Below, piece by piece: positions 11,854 to 21,799 of a DNA stretch of 64,000 bases. A program made the translations under genes and the position numbers. Within the stretch, counting starts at the first letter, position 1, and the number at the start of each line of letters is the position of its first letter. This stretch comes from an uncultured delta proteobacterium (GTDB lineage: Bacteria > Myxococcota_A > Polyangia > Polyangiales > Polyangiaceae): contig CAVXQJ010000016.1 in assembly GCA_963763745.1 (NCBI GenBank), positions 193,029 through 257,028 on the forward strand. Reading direction: 5' to 3'. Under the pieces are notes generated by a model. It saw only the letters and a program-made list of their open reading frames with translations, made no database searches and was not told where the DNA came from.

Positions 11854-13344
11854 TCACGTCGTGCTCGCGTGCGACCGTGCGCGGAGCAAATCAGCGATTT
11901 CGGACGCCGTCGGTCGCGCGACCAGGTCGACATCCAATGCGCGACCAATCCACGACGCGCCATCCGGAATGCCGGTGAGATCCGGGCGCGCGGGCGTCGC
12001 GCACAGCGCTTGAATCACCGGCGCCGTCGTATAGGGATATCGCCCCGTGTAAAGCTCACAAGCGATGACGCCGAGGGCGAAGATGTCGGACGCGACCGTC
12101 ACGTGCTCCCCGCCTTTGGCACACTCGGGCGCCATGTAGAGCGGCGTTCCGACGAGCTCACCCGTGCCCGTTCGCTTGAACTGGCTCGCAGTCGCGGCCA
12201 GCGGCGAGACCACGTCGTCTTGTCGTGCCACGCCGAAGTCCGCGATGCGTGCGGTGAGCGCCTCGCCTTCCTCCAAAATGATGTTCGATGGCTTCAAGTC
12301 GCGATGCACGATGCCACGAGCATGGAGCGCTTCGAGGCCCGCGGCGACGTGCGCGAGGACGCGATGCGCTCTCTCGGCATCGCCGAATTTCGAGCGTAGG
12401 TCCTCGAGCGTCACGCCGCGCACGAGCTCCATCACGAGATAGAGATAACCCTCCGGAGCGGCGCCGACGTCGACGACCGGGACGATGTTTGGATGACGCA
12501 CTTGCGCTGCGATCTCCGCTTCTCGCGCGAAGCGGACAGGGTCGGCCGCGCCAATCATGACTTTGAGCGCGAGATCTTTTTCGTCGGTGACGCGCTGCAC
12601 GCGATAGACGGCGCCCATGGCGCCCGAGCCGAGCACCTCGCCGACGCGATAGCGCTCGTCGACGAGCGCCCCAGGCGTGAGCATGACGCTCGCGAACCGC
12701 CGCCACCCTCGCGCGAGGACGTCGCCGAGCTCGCGTGAGCGGCGCTCGACTTGGCGGCGAAGCTCCTCGTTCAGTACTTCAATCTCTTCGATGCGTTGCT
12801 CGAGCGCGACCTTCGACATCGCGTTGCGGACGGCGGCAGCGGCGAGCGTCGCAATCGTCGTCACGAGGTTGTCGTCGCGCGCGTCGAACGCGGCCGGCTG
12901 GTTGCTCTCGACTGCGAAGACGCCGACGAGCTCGTCGTCGATCGCCATCGGCACGACGATCGTCGACATCACGTCAGGCAAACCGGGGAGGCTGACGTCG
13001 GTGCCTGCACCGGTCGCGGTGCGGACGTAGTCTTTGTGGACGCGGATGGCGCCGAGGCGAAGGAGCTTCTTGCGGCGCGCGGCGACGCCGAGCGGACCGT
13101 CGCCGAAGCGAACGGTCGCGCCGATTCCGGAGATTGGATAACCCCGGCTTGCCACGACCTCGAGCGTCTCGTTTGGTTTCGCGAGCAGAACCTGTGTGTG
13201 CTCGAAGCCGAACGTCTCGTGCAGCTGTTCGAGAATCGCGTCGAGGACGCGCGCGAGATCGAGCGATCCGTTGACCGTCGATGCGACACGGCGAACGATA
13301 TCGAGCTCGCGAGTCAGCCGTTCGAGGTCGGCCGCGCCACTCAT
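11854..13344 (-). CDS. GAF-domain Ser/Thr protein kinase
   Basis: N-terminal GAF-like region followed by a kinase domain (GSGAMGAVYRV, HRDLKPSNIIL, DFGVA, APE). ATG at 13342-13344 (MSGAADLERL). Confidence 0.85.
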   Translation of the reverse strand: MSGAADLERLTRELDIVRRVASTVNGSLDLARVLDAILEQLHETFGFEHTQVLLAKPNETLEVVASRGYPISGIGATVRFGDGPLGVAARRKKLLRLGAIRVHKDYVRTATGAGTDVSLPGLPDVMSTIVVPMAIDDELVGVFAVESNQPAAFDARDDNLVTTIATLAAAAVRNAMSKVALEQRIEEIEVLNEELRRQVERRSRELGDVLARGWRRFASVMLTPGALVDERYRVGEVLGSGAMGAVYRVQRVTDEKDLALKVMIGAADPVRFAREAEIAAQVRHPNIVPVVDVGAAPEGYLYLVMELVRGVTLEDLRSKFGDAERAHRVLAHVAAGLEALHARGIVHRDLKPSNIILEEGEALTARIADFGVARQDDVVSPLAATASQFKRTGTGELVGTPLYMAPECAKGGEHVTVASDIFALGVIACELYTGRYPYTTAPVIQALCATPARPDLTGIPDGASWIGRALDVDLVARPTASEIADLLRARSHASTT

Positions 13345-13589
13345 CGTACGAGACGTTATCACTTGTGTTGCACCGCCGCGGCTTGACTTCATCGATGTGG
13401 CTCGGCGACGCTGCTACGTCGTGCTGACCGCCGAGATCATCGAACGTTTCCGCGCGCCGCTGTCGGTGGTTGCCGCCACGCGCAGCGCAGAACGACGTCC
13501 GACCTTCACGCGCGGCCTCGGGATTCGGGGCGAGCTTGGCGCGAATCGCATCACATTTTTCGTCCCGGAGATCACCGCCGCGGCGATGA

Positions 13590-13886
13590 TTGCGGATCTC
13601 GACAGGGTGCAAGGAGATCGCCGTTCAGCTCGCGAGCTGGGCCGATTTCCGCTCGCTGCAAATCAAGGGCGGCGTGGTCGATGTTCGCGCCTCCGGCCCA
13701 GACGCCGTGCCGCTCATCGACGACAACACCCGGCGCGTGGTCGACGTGATCACGCGCGTCGTCGGCGCGGCGCAAGGCGCCGGTTGGGCGCGGTTCGTGA
13801 TCTATCCCGCGCTCGCCGTGACCGTGGAGATGCGCGAGGTCTACGAGCAAACACCAGGGTTGTCGGCTGGAGCGCGGCTCGAGTGA
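13590..13886 (+). CDS. Small hypothetical protein (frame ambiguity; possible N-terminal extension via a frameshift from ~13396)
   Basis: Protein-like 98-aa ORF from a TTG start in the 540-bp gap between the kinase and PNPOx genes. An adjacent frame (13396-13620) is also protein-like. Confidence 0.25.
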   Translation: MRISTGCKEIAVQLASWADFRSLQIKGGVVDVRASGPDAVPLIDDNTRRVVDVITRVVGAAQGAGWARFVIYPALAVTVEMREVYEQTPGLSAGARLE

Positions 13887-14287
13887 TTCCGCCCGAGCTC
13901 TCGCCCGCCTTCGATGGCGTGATTCCGAGCCACATCGCCACGCTCTCCGGCGACGGCATTCCGAACATCACCGCAATCTCTCAAGTCTTCCGCGTCGACG
14001 ACCACCACATCGCGCTGTCACATCAGTTCTTCTCGAAGACCAAACGAAACCTCGGCGAGAACCCTCACGCGGTCGTGCAGGTCATCCACCCTCGAACCTT
14101 CCATATGTGGTTGCTCGAGGTTCGGTTCGTCCGCTCCGAGAGTGAGGGCCCGGTGTTCGAAGCGATGTCGATGCAGCTCGAAGCGATCGCGTCGCTGCAA
14201 GGGATGCAAGACGTGTTTCGGCTCCGCGCCGCCGATCTCTTCGAAGTGCTCGCCGTGCGCGAGCTCCTCGAAGGATCGACCCGCTGA
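13883..14287 (+). CDS. Pyridoxamine 5'-phosphate oxidase family (FMN-binding split-barrel) protein
   Basis: C-terminal part of ORF 13196..14287 (FDGVIPSHIATLSGDGIPNITAISQVFRVDDHHIALSHQFFSKTKRNLGENPHAVVQV…). The GTG start overlaps the upstream stop (GTGA). Confidence 0.6.
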   Translation: MIPPELSPAFDGVIPSHIATLSGDGIPNITAISQVFRVDDHHIALSHQFFSKTKRNLGENPHAVVQVIHPRTFHMWLLEVRFVRSESEGPVFEAMSMQLEAIASLQGMQDVFRLRAADLFEVLAVRELLEGSTR

Positions 14288-14457
14288 ACCCGGCCGCTCA
14301 TTCGGGAAGCGTCGAGCCAATCCTCCCAATTCGCTCCGCAGATCCTTCATCTTGGGTGCGGTGGACGTGCACTCCAGCGTGATGTGGAAAATTGGAATCA
14401 CGGCGGCGTACACGTCGACGAGCTTCCAATGCGGATGCGCGGTCATCGCTCGCTCGG

Positions 14458-14580
14458 TCGCGTGAGCGATCTTCCCGACCGTACGCGTGAAGCGCTCGAA
14501 AGCGCACGCAAGAAGAAGGTGAGCTACGCCGTTCGCCTCGTTCGCGCCCGATGGCCGCACCGTCGCGGTCGAGGCGAAAC
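14458..14580 (+). pseudogene. Truncated duplicate of the TraB/GumN-family gene 5' end (about 88% identical to 16047-16170)
   Basis: gtgagcgatcttcccgaccgtacgcgtgaagcgctcgaaagcgcacgcaagaagaaggtgagctacgccgttcgcctcgttcgcgc… versus 16047…. It encodes VSDLPDRTREALESARKKKVSYAVRLVRA and then breaks off after a 2-bp deletion. Confidence 0.5.
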
Positions 14581-14623
14581 GACGTCGCGGTGAAGCTTGA
14601 CGAACGCGGTACATCGAAGTGTT

Positions 14624-15136
14624 CTACGGCATGCGATACCACGTCGCGCTGTCGTTGCCGGTGCACGTGTAATCGCCCGAATAGAGGTCCGCGTACTTCA
14701 CGGTCTCGCTGAACGTCGAACCATCCGCGGAGAGGACGAGATCGTCCGACTGAATCGTGCGCTGACCCATTCCGTTCGCGCCGTCGACCGCGAACGAACA
14801 CTTTCCTTCGTCGCCGACGTGCGTCGCCTTCTCGGCGTCGATCGAGAAGTCTTGCACGCAGCCGACGGCTTGATCGGTGATGAACATCCGAAGCTTTGTC
14901 CCGCTCACTTCGATGCGCAGCTTCGAGATGCCGTCCGTCACCGCGTCGCTCCCGCCTTGCTTGGTGCCGGTGGGGTTCGAACAGGAAACGTTCCAGTGAT
15001 AGGGCTTCGCGACCCAGTTTCCCGCGAAGCTCGCCGAAGACGACGTGCTTCCCGCATCGTCGCCGGAAATGTCTCCGATGGTCTGGCTGCAACCTAGCGA
15101 CACCAACACCGCTACCAAACAAGCTCGTCGAATCAT
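14624..15136 (-). CDS. Lipoprotein, hypothetical
   Basis: MIRRACLVAVLVSLGCSQT (lipobox) followed by a Ser/Thr/Gly-rich secreted domain. ATG at 15134-15136. Confidence 0.65.
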   Translation of the reverse strand: MIRRACLVAVLVSLGCSQTIGDISGDDAGSTSSSASFAGNWVAKPYHWNVSCSNPTGTKQGGSDAVTDGISKLRIEVSGTKLRMFITDQAVGCVQDFSIDAEKATHVGDEGKCSFAVDGANGMGQRTIQSDDLVLSADGSTFSETVKYADLYSGDYTCTGNDSATWYRMP

Positions 15137-15203
15137 GACAGAACCTCCGTGAAAGAGGCGCTCCATCTAACAGTGCGCTTCGCGTGCGGCGCGCCAAGCG
15201 CTG

Positions 15204-16031
15204 TCACGATCGCGCCAACGCGTCGCTCGCCCGCTCGCGAAACTCCGATGGGCTCTCGCCGACGAGCTTCCGAAAGTGAAGCGCGAAGTGCGAAGGCGAG
15301 GCGAAGCCAACGTCGCGCGCAATGCTCTCGAGCTTGGCGTTGCCTCCGACCAAGAGAGCTTGAGCAGCACGCACGCGTGCGCGGATCACCTCGGCGCTGA
15401 AGCTCGTTCCATCTTGCCCGAGCGCGCGTTGAAGCGAGCGCGTCGACGTTCCGAGCGCCCGCGCGGCAGCCGTCAGCGACGGGCGCTTCAAGTTGCGCGC
15501 GAGCCACGCTGCCACATCGCGCGTGGGAACGCGCGCTCGAGCCTCGGTGACGTGCCGTTCGACATCCTGCAACGCGCGCGCGAGGTCGTCGCGCGGCAAC
15601 GCGGTCAATGCTTCGTCCGTGGATCGCACGATACGCACGGCGTGTGACGGTCCCAGCGAAGGATACAGACCGGCGACGACGGCGCCCGTGAGGCCTGGGC
15701 GCAAGAGCACCACCATCGTGCCGAGCGACCTGCCGAACACATCCAAACGTTGGGACAGGTACTCGAGCATCCCGGCCTGAGCGCTCACGTCGATTCCGTC
15801 GAGCTCGCGCCCATCCAGGATGACGTCGATGGGCGCACGCATCGCGCCCTGCCGCACGACGTCCCAGAGTCGCGTGAGCGTTGGAAGATCGTCCGAGCCC
15901 AACCACCCCCAGTGCACCGAGCCGCACAGTGATGGATTGCCACACCACACGAGCGCGCCGCGCGACACGACGTAGCGATCCGCGGGGGAGCGCAAGAACT
16001 CGTCGATGTCTGCGGCAAGCACGCGTCCCAT
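15204..16031 (-). CDS. AraC-family transcriptional regulator
   Basis: C-terminal HTH_AraC region (…LTAAARALGTSTRSLQRALGQDGTSFSAEVIRARVRAAQALLVGGNAKLESIARDVGFASPSHFALHFRKLVGESPSEFR). Confidence 0.85.
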   Translation of the reverse strand: MGRVLAADIDEFLRSPADRYVVSRGALVWCGNPSLCGSVHWGWLGSDDLPTLTRLWDVVRQGAMRAPIDVILDGRELDGIDVSAQAGMLEYLSQRLDVFGRSLGTMVVLLRPGLTGAVVAGLYPSLGPSHAVRIVRSTDEALTALPRDDLARALQDVERHVTEARARVPTRDVAAWLARNLKRPSLTAAARALGTSTRSLQRALGQDGTSFSAEVIRARVRAAQALLVGGNAKLESIARDVGFASPSHFALHFRKLVGESPSEFRERASDALARS

Positions 16032-16046
16032 TCTGCGCTAAGTTGC

Positions 16047-16798
16047 TCTTCGTGAGTGATCTTCCCAACCGTGCGCGTGAAGCGCTCGAACGCGCACGCA
16101 AGAAGAAGGCGAGCTACGCCGTTCGCCTCGTCCGCGCGCCCGATGGCCGCATCGTCGCGGTCCTCGGCGAAGCGCACATGAAGCTCGCCGAGGCGGCCGC
16201 GATCGGACGCGCCGTCGTCGAGGCGTTCGAGCTGCGCGGCGTCGAGACGTTCCAGCGCAAACAGGTCTTTCTCGGCCGCACGCTCGGCGTTCTCATCCAC
16301 GCGCCGCGCGTTCTTCTGCGCATCCTCTCGTTCGGCAAGATCCAAGGAAGCACCATCACCGAAGCGAAGCAGCTTCCGTCCGGATACACGGTGGAGCTCG
16401 AGCGAACCAAGCGCGTCCCGTTCGGTCTTCACGTGACGTCGCTCTACATGACCGTGTTCTTCATCTTCGCGTTCCTCGGTCTGCTCCTGCCGCTGATCGC
16501 GCCGGTGCTGCCGTGGCTCGCCGCGTTCGTCATGACCGTGCTGTTCGCGTTTCAAGCGCACATGATCCTGCTCGTGCCCGCGATCCTTCTTCGCCGGTTC
16601 TCGTGGAGCTGGATGATCCATCCGTTCATGGGGATCCTCACGCTGCGCGACGAGCTCATGGCCGCCGGCACGGTGGAGATGCTCGCCGATCACAAACGCG
16701 AGAAAGCGGCGGTCGTCGTCATGGGGCGCGCACACGTGAGCGGCTACACGCGACTTCTCGTCGACAAATACGGATTCACCGCAATAGAAGAGCCCTAG
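16047..16798 (+). CDS. TraB/GumN-family protein (membrane)
   Basis: N-terminal SYAVRLVRAPDGRIVAVLGEAHM and C-terminal AVVVMGRAHVSGYTRLL are TraB-family signatures, with internal TM helices. The GTG start is homologous to the 14458 fragment. Confidence 0.75.
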
Positions 16799-17381
16799 CG
16801 ACGGCCGCAAGCGCGTCGATGCGCGCGTTCTCCATCTCTGGGTCGGGGGCGATCATGCGGTGCATTTGTTCGCCGTCGAAGATCGCGACCACCGTGTCGA
16901 CGAGAAGCGGGAACCGTTCGCCGAGCGACGCGGCGAGCTCGGGCAAGAGCGCGCGCGCGAGGCTTTCGATTTCGTGCGCGTAGCGTTTGCCGACGGGCCT
17001 GAGCGCTTTCTTCAGCGCAGCGTCGGTGCGACACGCGTGAACGAGCTCGAGCCACGCCTGGTTGATGCGCGAGCGCGTCGTGTCGCGGAGCAGTCGCAAC
17101 GCGAGCACGATCGGATCTTCGACGCCGTGAAGCGACTCGAACGAGTCGCGGTAGCGATCGAGAATGACTCGGCCGAGATCCTCTCCGACCGCAACCATCA
17201 GCGCCTCGCGCGTCGGAAAATGACGAAAGAGCCCGCCGATGGAGACACCCGCGCGCGTCGCGACGAGCTGCATGCTCGTCCCCGCGTATCCAGACTCCAC
17301 GAGGATCTCGACGGTCGCGTCGAGCACTTTTCGAATCGTGGCCGCGCGACGCTCGGCTTGCGTCCGCCGGACGACGCGCAT
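16776..17381 (-). CDS. TetR-family transcriptional regulator
   Basis: Real 201-aa C-terminal part of the artefactual 783-aa ORF (MRVVRRTQAERRAATIRKVLDATVEILVESGYAGTSMQLVATRAGVSIGGLFRHFPTREAL…). Confidence 0.85.
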   Translation of the reverse strand: MRVVRRTQAERRAATIRKVLDATVEILVESGYAGTSMQLVATRAGVSIGGLFRHFPTREALMVAVGEDLGRVILDRYRDSFESLHGVEDPIVLALRLLRDTTRSRINQAWLELVHACRTDAALKKALRPVGKRYAHEIESLARALLPELAASLGERFPLLVDTVVAIFDGEQMHRMIAPDPEMENARIDALAAVARALLLR

Positions 17382-19159
17382 CACGCGGCCTTCGCCGAAC
17401 GCGCACGTGCGCGCGGCGCGACCTTCTCGCCCGCGGGCAAGAACTGACCGAACTCCGCCTCGCGGCCGAGGGCGGGCTCGATCACGCCGTCGCGCGACGC
17501 GACGCGCCCGCCGACGAGCACCAGAGGCACCGCGCCATCGCTGCGGTTCACCATGCGCACGAGTCCGTCGAAGCCGTCCATCGGCGCCTCGTGATACGCG
17601 TCGAGTCGCGCGTCGAGCGCATCGGGATCGATCACGACGACGTCGGCGCGATCGCCGACGCGCAAGTGTCCCGCGTCGACCTCGAGCCAGTCTGCGATCT
17701 CGCCGGTGAGACGCCACACGGCTTTCTCGAGCGGCATGACCGACGGATCGTCTTTCACGAGCTTCAACATGCGGAGCGGGAAGCTGTAAAACGCCATGTT
17801 GCGAATGTGCGCGCCGGAGTCCGCGAAGCCGACGAGCGCGCACTTCTCGTTCACCATGCGTGCGACTTCGCTCTTGCGATGATTCGCGATGAGCGTGCGC
17901 CAGCGGAGCTTCGTTCCGTGCTCCACGACCAAATCGAGGAACGCATCGACGGGATGAATGCCGCGCTCGTCGGCGATTTGTCCGAAGGAGCGACCGACGA
18001 GCGCCTCGTCCGGGCACGCGACGACGAACGCATCGTGAAAATCGCGATGCCAGACGCGCGCGCTGCCCGTGCGTTCGTAGTCTTTGCGGAAGCGGCGGCG
18101 ATACGCGGGATCCTTCATGAGCTCGCTGCGCTCGATCTGTTCCACGAGATGGAGCAGCGCGCGTCCCGAGCCGAACTCCTCGAAGACGACGAGATCCACG
18201 CCGTCGGCGTACACCTCGAAAGGCACCGGCAGCGTTTGCCAGCGGAGGTCGCCGCCGAACGCAGCGTTCACGAAGCGCGTGAACCCGGCGATGATCCGGT
18301 GAAGCCCAGGCGACGACTTCGCGTCGGCGAGCGTGATGAGCGTCGTCTTGAGCGCGCTCGTGAACCACAGACCCGCGCTCGCGAACAAGAAGAGGAGCGC
18401 GTTGACCTTCGTCGTGATGTTCGGCGCGGACTGCAAGATGCGTTTGCGCTGGCGAAGCACGCGATGCATCCGGCGATACTCGCCCCACGTGGCGAACGTC
18501 GATGGCAGCGGCTTCGAGCGAAAACGATCGCCGTCGAGCTTGTCCCACGGATTCGTCATCGTCGAGAGACCGAGGAAGCCTTCGTCGAGCGCTTCCTCCA
18601 GCCACCGCTCCATCTCGCGCATCTCGGGCTCGGTGGGCCGAACCTTTTCGTCCACGGCGCGCTCGAGCCCGAGCACGCGCGTGCGCAAGTCGGAGTGCCC
18701 GAGGAACGACGTTCACGTTCGGGCCGAGCGGATGCGCGCGAAGAAATCCACGTACTCGCGCGGCGTCGACCACGTCTTCGTCTTCTCGAGGAGCGGCAGC
18801 ACGTGCGTGCGCGGAACCGCCTCGACGCGCGTGAAGAGATCCGAGCAGTCCTCCGGTTCGGCGAGCACCGCGCTGACCGAGCAGCTTCCGATGGTCACCG
18901 TCGTCACGCCGTGTCGCACCGATTCGCTCAGCGAAGGCGCGGCGATGAGCTCGGCGTCGTAGTGCGTGTGCATATCGAGAAAACCGGGCGTCACCCACTT
19001 CCCGTGCGCGTCGATGATCTCCGGACACCCCGCTTCGTCGAGCGGCTCGGCGCTCCAAGCGGCAACGCGCCCATCGCGAATGCCGACGTTCACGCGCTCG
19101 CCCGGCGCGCCGGTTCCGTCGAAGCAAAGACCGTTTTTGACGATGACGTCGAAGGGCAT
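17381..19159 (-). pseudogene. N-acyl-D-amino-acid deacylase (D-aminoacylase) interrupted by an in-frame TGA at 18713-18715
   Basis: ORFs 18713..19159 (N-terminal metal site DAHGKWVTPGFLDMHTHYD) and 17381..18688 are in the same frame. They are separated only by one TGA (…IRSART*TSFLGHSDLRTRVLG…). Confidence 0.8.
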
Positions 19160-19220
19160 GACGACGTCATAACATAGAGAGTGAACGCTCGCTATCTTTT
19201 CCTGGTGTAGTCTGACGGCG

Positions 19221-19937
19221 ATGGAGCGGATTCGGTCCTTGTGGGACGGCTACGGCGAGATCGTCCGCGATGGGGCGGTGATCGTCAAAACCGTGCGACC
19301 GCCTCCGGGCGCGCATCCGCGGAAGATTCGCTCGTACGAAGTCGAGCGGACGTTCTACGAAAAGTACGCGCCGCGCTGCGACGACGCGTGCCGTGTCGCG
19401 AAGCTCATCGAACGCCGCCCGAACGCTTTGGTGCTCGAAGATCTCGACGCGGCCGGTTTTCCAAAACGGGATGGCGACATCGAGCCGTGCCTCGCGTGGC
19501 TCGCGGCGTTTCACGCGCGCTTTCTCGGCGTCCGCCCCGACGGCCTTTGGAAGATCGGAACGTATTGGCATTTGGACACGCGACGCGAAGAGCTCGCCGC
19601 GATGCGCGACCGCGCGCTGCAGGCGCGCGCACCCGAGATCGATCGCGCGCTATGCGAAGCGAAGCACCAAACGATCGTCCACGGTGACGCGAAGCCCGAC
19701 AACTTCTGCTGGTCGCGCGATGGGACGCGCGTCGCCGCCGTCGATTTCCAATACGTAGGCGGCGGGCCCGGAATCAAAGACGTCGCGTACCTCCTTCACG
19801 GCGAACGCGACGAGGACGCGCGGCTCGAGACGTACTTCGAATGCCTCGCGAACGCAGAAGTCGAACGCGAGTGGCGCGCGCTCTATCCCGTCGCGCGCGA
19901 AGACTTTCGACGCTTCCTCGACGGATGGCGGCGGTGA
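19221..19937 (+). CDS. Phosphotransferase-family protein (APH/choline-kinase-like)
   Basis: Kinase-like fold with HGDAKPDNF and a DFQYVG motif. Confidence 0.75.
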   Translation: MERIRSLWDGYGEIVRDGAVIVKTVRPPPGAHPRKIRSYEVERTFYEKYAPRCDDACRVAKLIERRPNALVLEDLDAAGFPKRDGDIEPCLAWLAAFHARFLGVRPDGLWKIGTYWHLDTRREELAAMRDRALQARAPEIDRALCEAKHQTIVHGDAKPDNFCWSRDGTRVAAVDFQYVGGGPGIKDVAYLLHGERDEDARLETYFECLANAEVEREWRALYPVAREDFRRFLDGWRR

Positions 19938-19953
19938 TTCGCGCGACGAACGA

Positions 19954-20901
19954 TCACGCGGGGCGCGCGCGGCGCAACGGTGGAAACGCGACGATGTCGA
20001 TCGTCGTGCTCGCGATGCCGATGCCGGCCTCGTCGAACGCCTTCAAGATGTCGCGCGCGATTTGGTCCTTCGTCTCGCGCGATGCTTGGTCGCGCACGAT
20101 GACGCGCAAGCTCAGCTCGAGCCAGTTGTCGGTGATTCGATAAAAGACGCGCGGGCCCAGCGACTCGAGTTCGAGGTGGTACATCTCGTTCAGCTGCATG
20201 CGATACGGCTCGGCCTCTTTTTCGATGGGGGCCGTATGCGCCGCTGCCGCTGCGAGCAGGATCGCCTCCGCGCGCTCGCGGTCCGTCGCGTAGGTGATCG
20301 GAATGTTGATCTCGTCCCAGATGAACGGGAAGTCGCGCGTCGAGTTGAAGACGGGCTCTTCGAAGATCTTGTCGTTCGTGATCGTCACGATGCGTCCCGT
20401 GTATTGCCGCCCGTGCACCCACACGGATGGCGCGTTCGGCGCGGGGTCGCCCATCTCCATCAACGTGGTCTTGAGAAAGCCGAGCGAGATCACGTCGCCG
20501 CGCACGCCGCCCATCGTGATGCGATCGCCCACGGTGAAGACGCGGCTGCGGATGATGACGAAGTAACCGGCGAACGACGTGACGACCTTCTGCAGCGCGA
20601 ATGCGAGACCGGCAGAGACGAGGCCGATACCCGTCGCGAGTCGGCCGGGATCGTCGAACCAGATGGAAAGCATCGACAGAACGAACAAGCCCGCGCTGAA
20701 GAGGTTCGCGGCTTGCCTCACCCAGAACGAGCGACGCTCGCGACGGCGCGCGGGAATCACGAGGCGAATGCCCCACTCGATCAGCGCCCTCAAGATGACC
20801 AGCCCGACGATGAACGCCATCGTGAGAACGGCCTTGTGCAGGGTCATCGCCGACAGGCCGAGGAGCTTCACGCCGAAAATTTGAAGCGGACCTTCGTTCA
20901 C
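19954..20901 (-). CDS. Mechanosensitive ion channel (MscS family)
   Basis: N-terminal TM helices plus the MscS beta-domain (…GDRITMGGVRGDVISLGFLKTTLME…). Confidence 0.85.
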   Translation of the reverse strand: MNEGPLQIFGVKLLGLSAMTLHKAVLTMAFIVGLVILRALIEWGIRLVIPARRRERRSFWVRQAANLFSAGLFVLSMLSIWFDDPGRLATGIGLVSAGLAFALQKVVTSFAGYFVIIRSRVFTVGDRITMGGVRGDVISLGFLKTTLMEMGDPAPNAPSVWVHGRQYTGRIVTITNDKIFEEPVFNSTRDFPFIWDEINIPITYATDRERAEAILLAAAAAHTAPIEKEAEPYRMQLNEMYHLELESLGPRVFYRITDNWLELSLRVIVRDQASRETKDQIARDILKAFDEAGIGIASTTIDIVAFPPLRRARPA

Positions 20902-20976
20902 GAAACGATCGTATGCGGGTGGGCGAGAGCGGGCGACTTCTCTGCGGTAGACGCCGACCCCTGATACGTTGTGTGA

Positions 20977-21789
20977 GTGAACATTCGTCTCGGGGCGAAG
21001 CTCCTTGCGAGCGCGGCAACGGCCTCGCTCGCTGCGTGCTCGCTCCTCACGGATCTCACGAGCCTTCGCGACATGGACGCCTCCACCGACGGCGGCGGCG
21101 AGACCGGTGTCGACGTCAAGACGGACACGACGTCACCGATCGACGGCGGCGATGGTGGGCTCTGCTCGGTCGCGCACACCTTCTGCGACGACTTCGACGA
21201 AGGCGGGGTGGGAGCGCGCTGGGATCTGCTCCAGCCCTACGGCGGCACGCTGGCGTACACCGATGCGGCCGTGTCTCCGCCGAACGCTCTCGAAGTGACC
21301 GCGAGCGCCAGCCTCGACGCAGGCATCACCGCCATGGTCAAACATTTCATCTCCGCCGCGAGCAAGATTCATCTCGAGATGGATTTGCAAACCGATTGCG
21401 AGGCCGTCAGCGAGGTCGACCTCGTCGACGTCATTCCGAGCACAGCGCCAAACCCGTACTCGAGCGTCGATCTGCTCCTCTGGCAACACCAAGATGCCGG
21501 CTACATCGAAGTCGATTACAACGCGACCCCGGTCGATGCCGGCACGTCCGCGAACGCGCCCATTTCGGTCCCCTTTGGCGGCGGGTATCGACACTTCATC
21601 ATCCAGTACGACCTCGTCGCGCAGGCGCTCACCGTCACCATCGATGGCGTGGTCGAGGCCAAATTGGATTTGCCGATCGCCATCACGCCATCGACGTTCG
21701 ATCTGTCACTAGGCGTTCTCTATCACTCGAAGCTCGGAACGACCGACTGTCACGTGCGGGTCGACAACGTCGTCGTCGACGCGTTGTGA
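20977..21789 (+). CDS. Lipoprotein, hypothetical
   Basis: (V/M)NIRLGAKLLASAATASLAACSLL is a signal peptide with lipobox. The rest has protein-like composition. Confidence 0.6.
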   Translation: MNIRLGAKLLASAATASLAACSLLTDLTSLRDMDASTDGGGETGVDVKTDTTSPIDGGDGGLCSVAHTFCDDFDEGGVGARWDLLQPYGGTLAYTDAAVSPPNALEVTASASLDAGITAMVKHFISAASKIHLEMDLQTDCEAVSEVDLVDVIPSTAPNPYSSVDLLLWQHQDAGYIEVDYNATPVDAGTSANAPISVPFGGGYRHFIIQYDLVAQALTVTIDGVVEAKLDLPIAITPSTFDLSLGVLYHSKLGTTDCHVRVDNVVVDAL

Positions 21790-21799
21790 ATGGGTGAGC

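Noticed and set aside
14018-14614. 198-aa minus-strand ORF
   Set aside because: Antisense to the PNPOx gene and the TraB fragment. The similarity to 15785..16810 merely mirrors the plus-strand duplication.
18713-18715. TGA in D-aminoacylase as selenocysteine
   Set aside because: The aligned position is not a known Sec site in amidohydrolases, and no SECIS-like hairpin is evident downstream. A nonsense mutation or base-call error is more likely.
16776-19127. 783-aa minus-strand ORF
   Set aside because: Only its last 201 aa (TetR) are protein-like. The remainder is an out-of-frame overlap of the D-aminoacylase gene.
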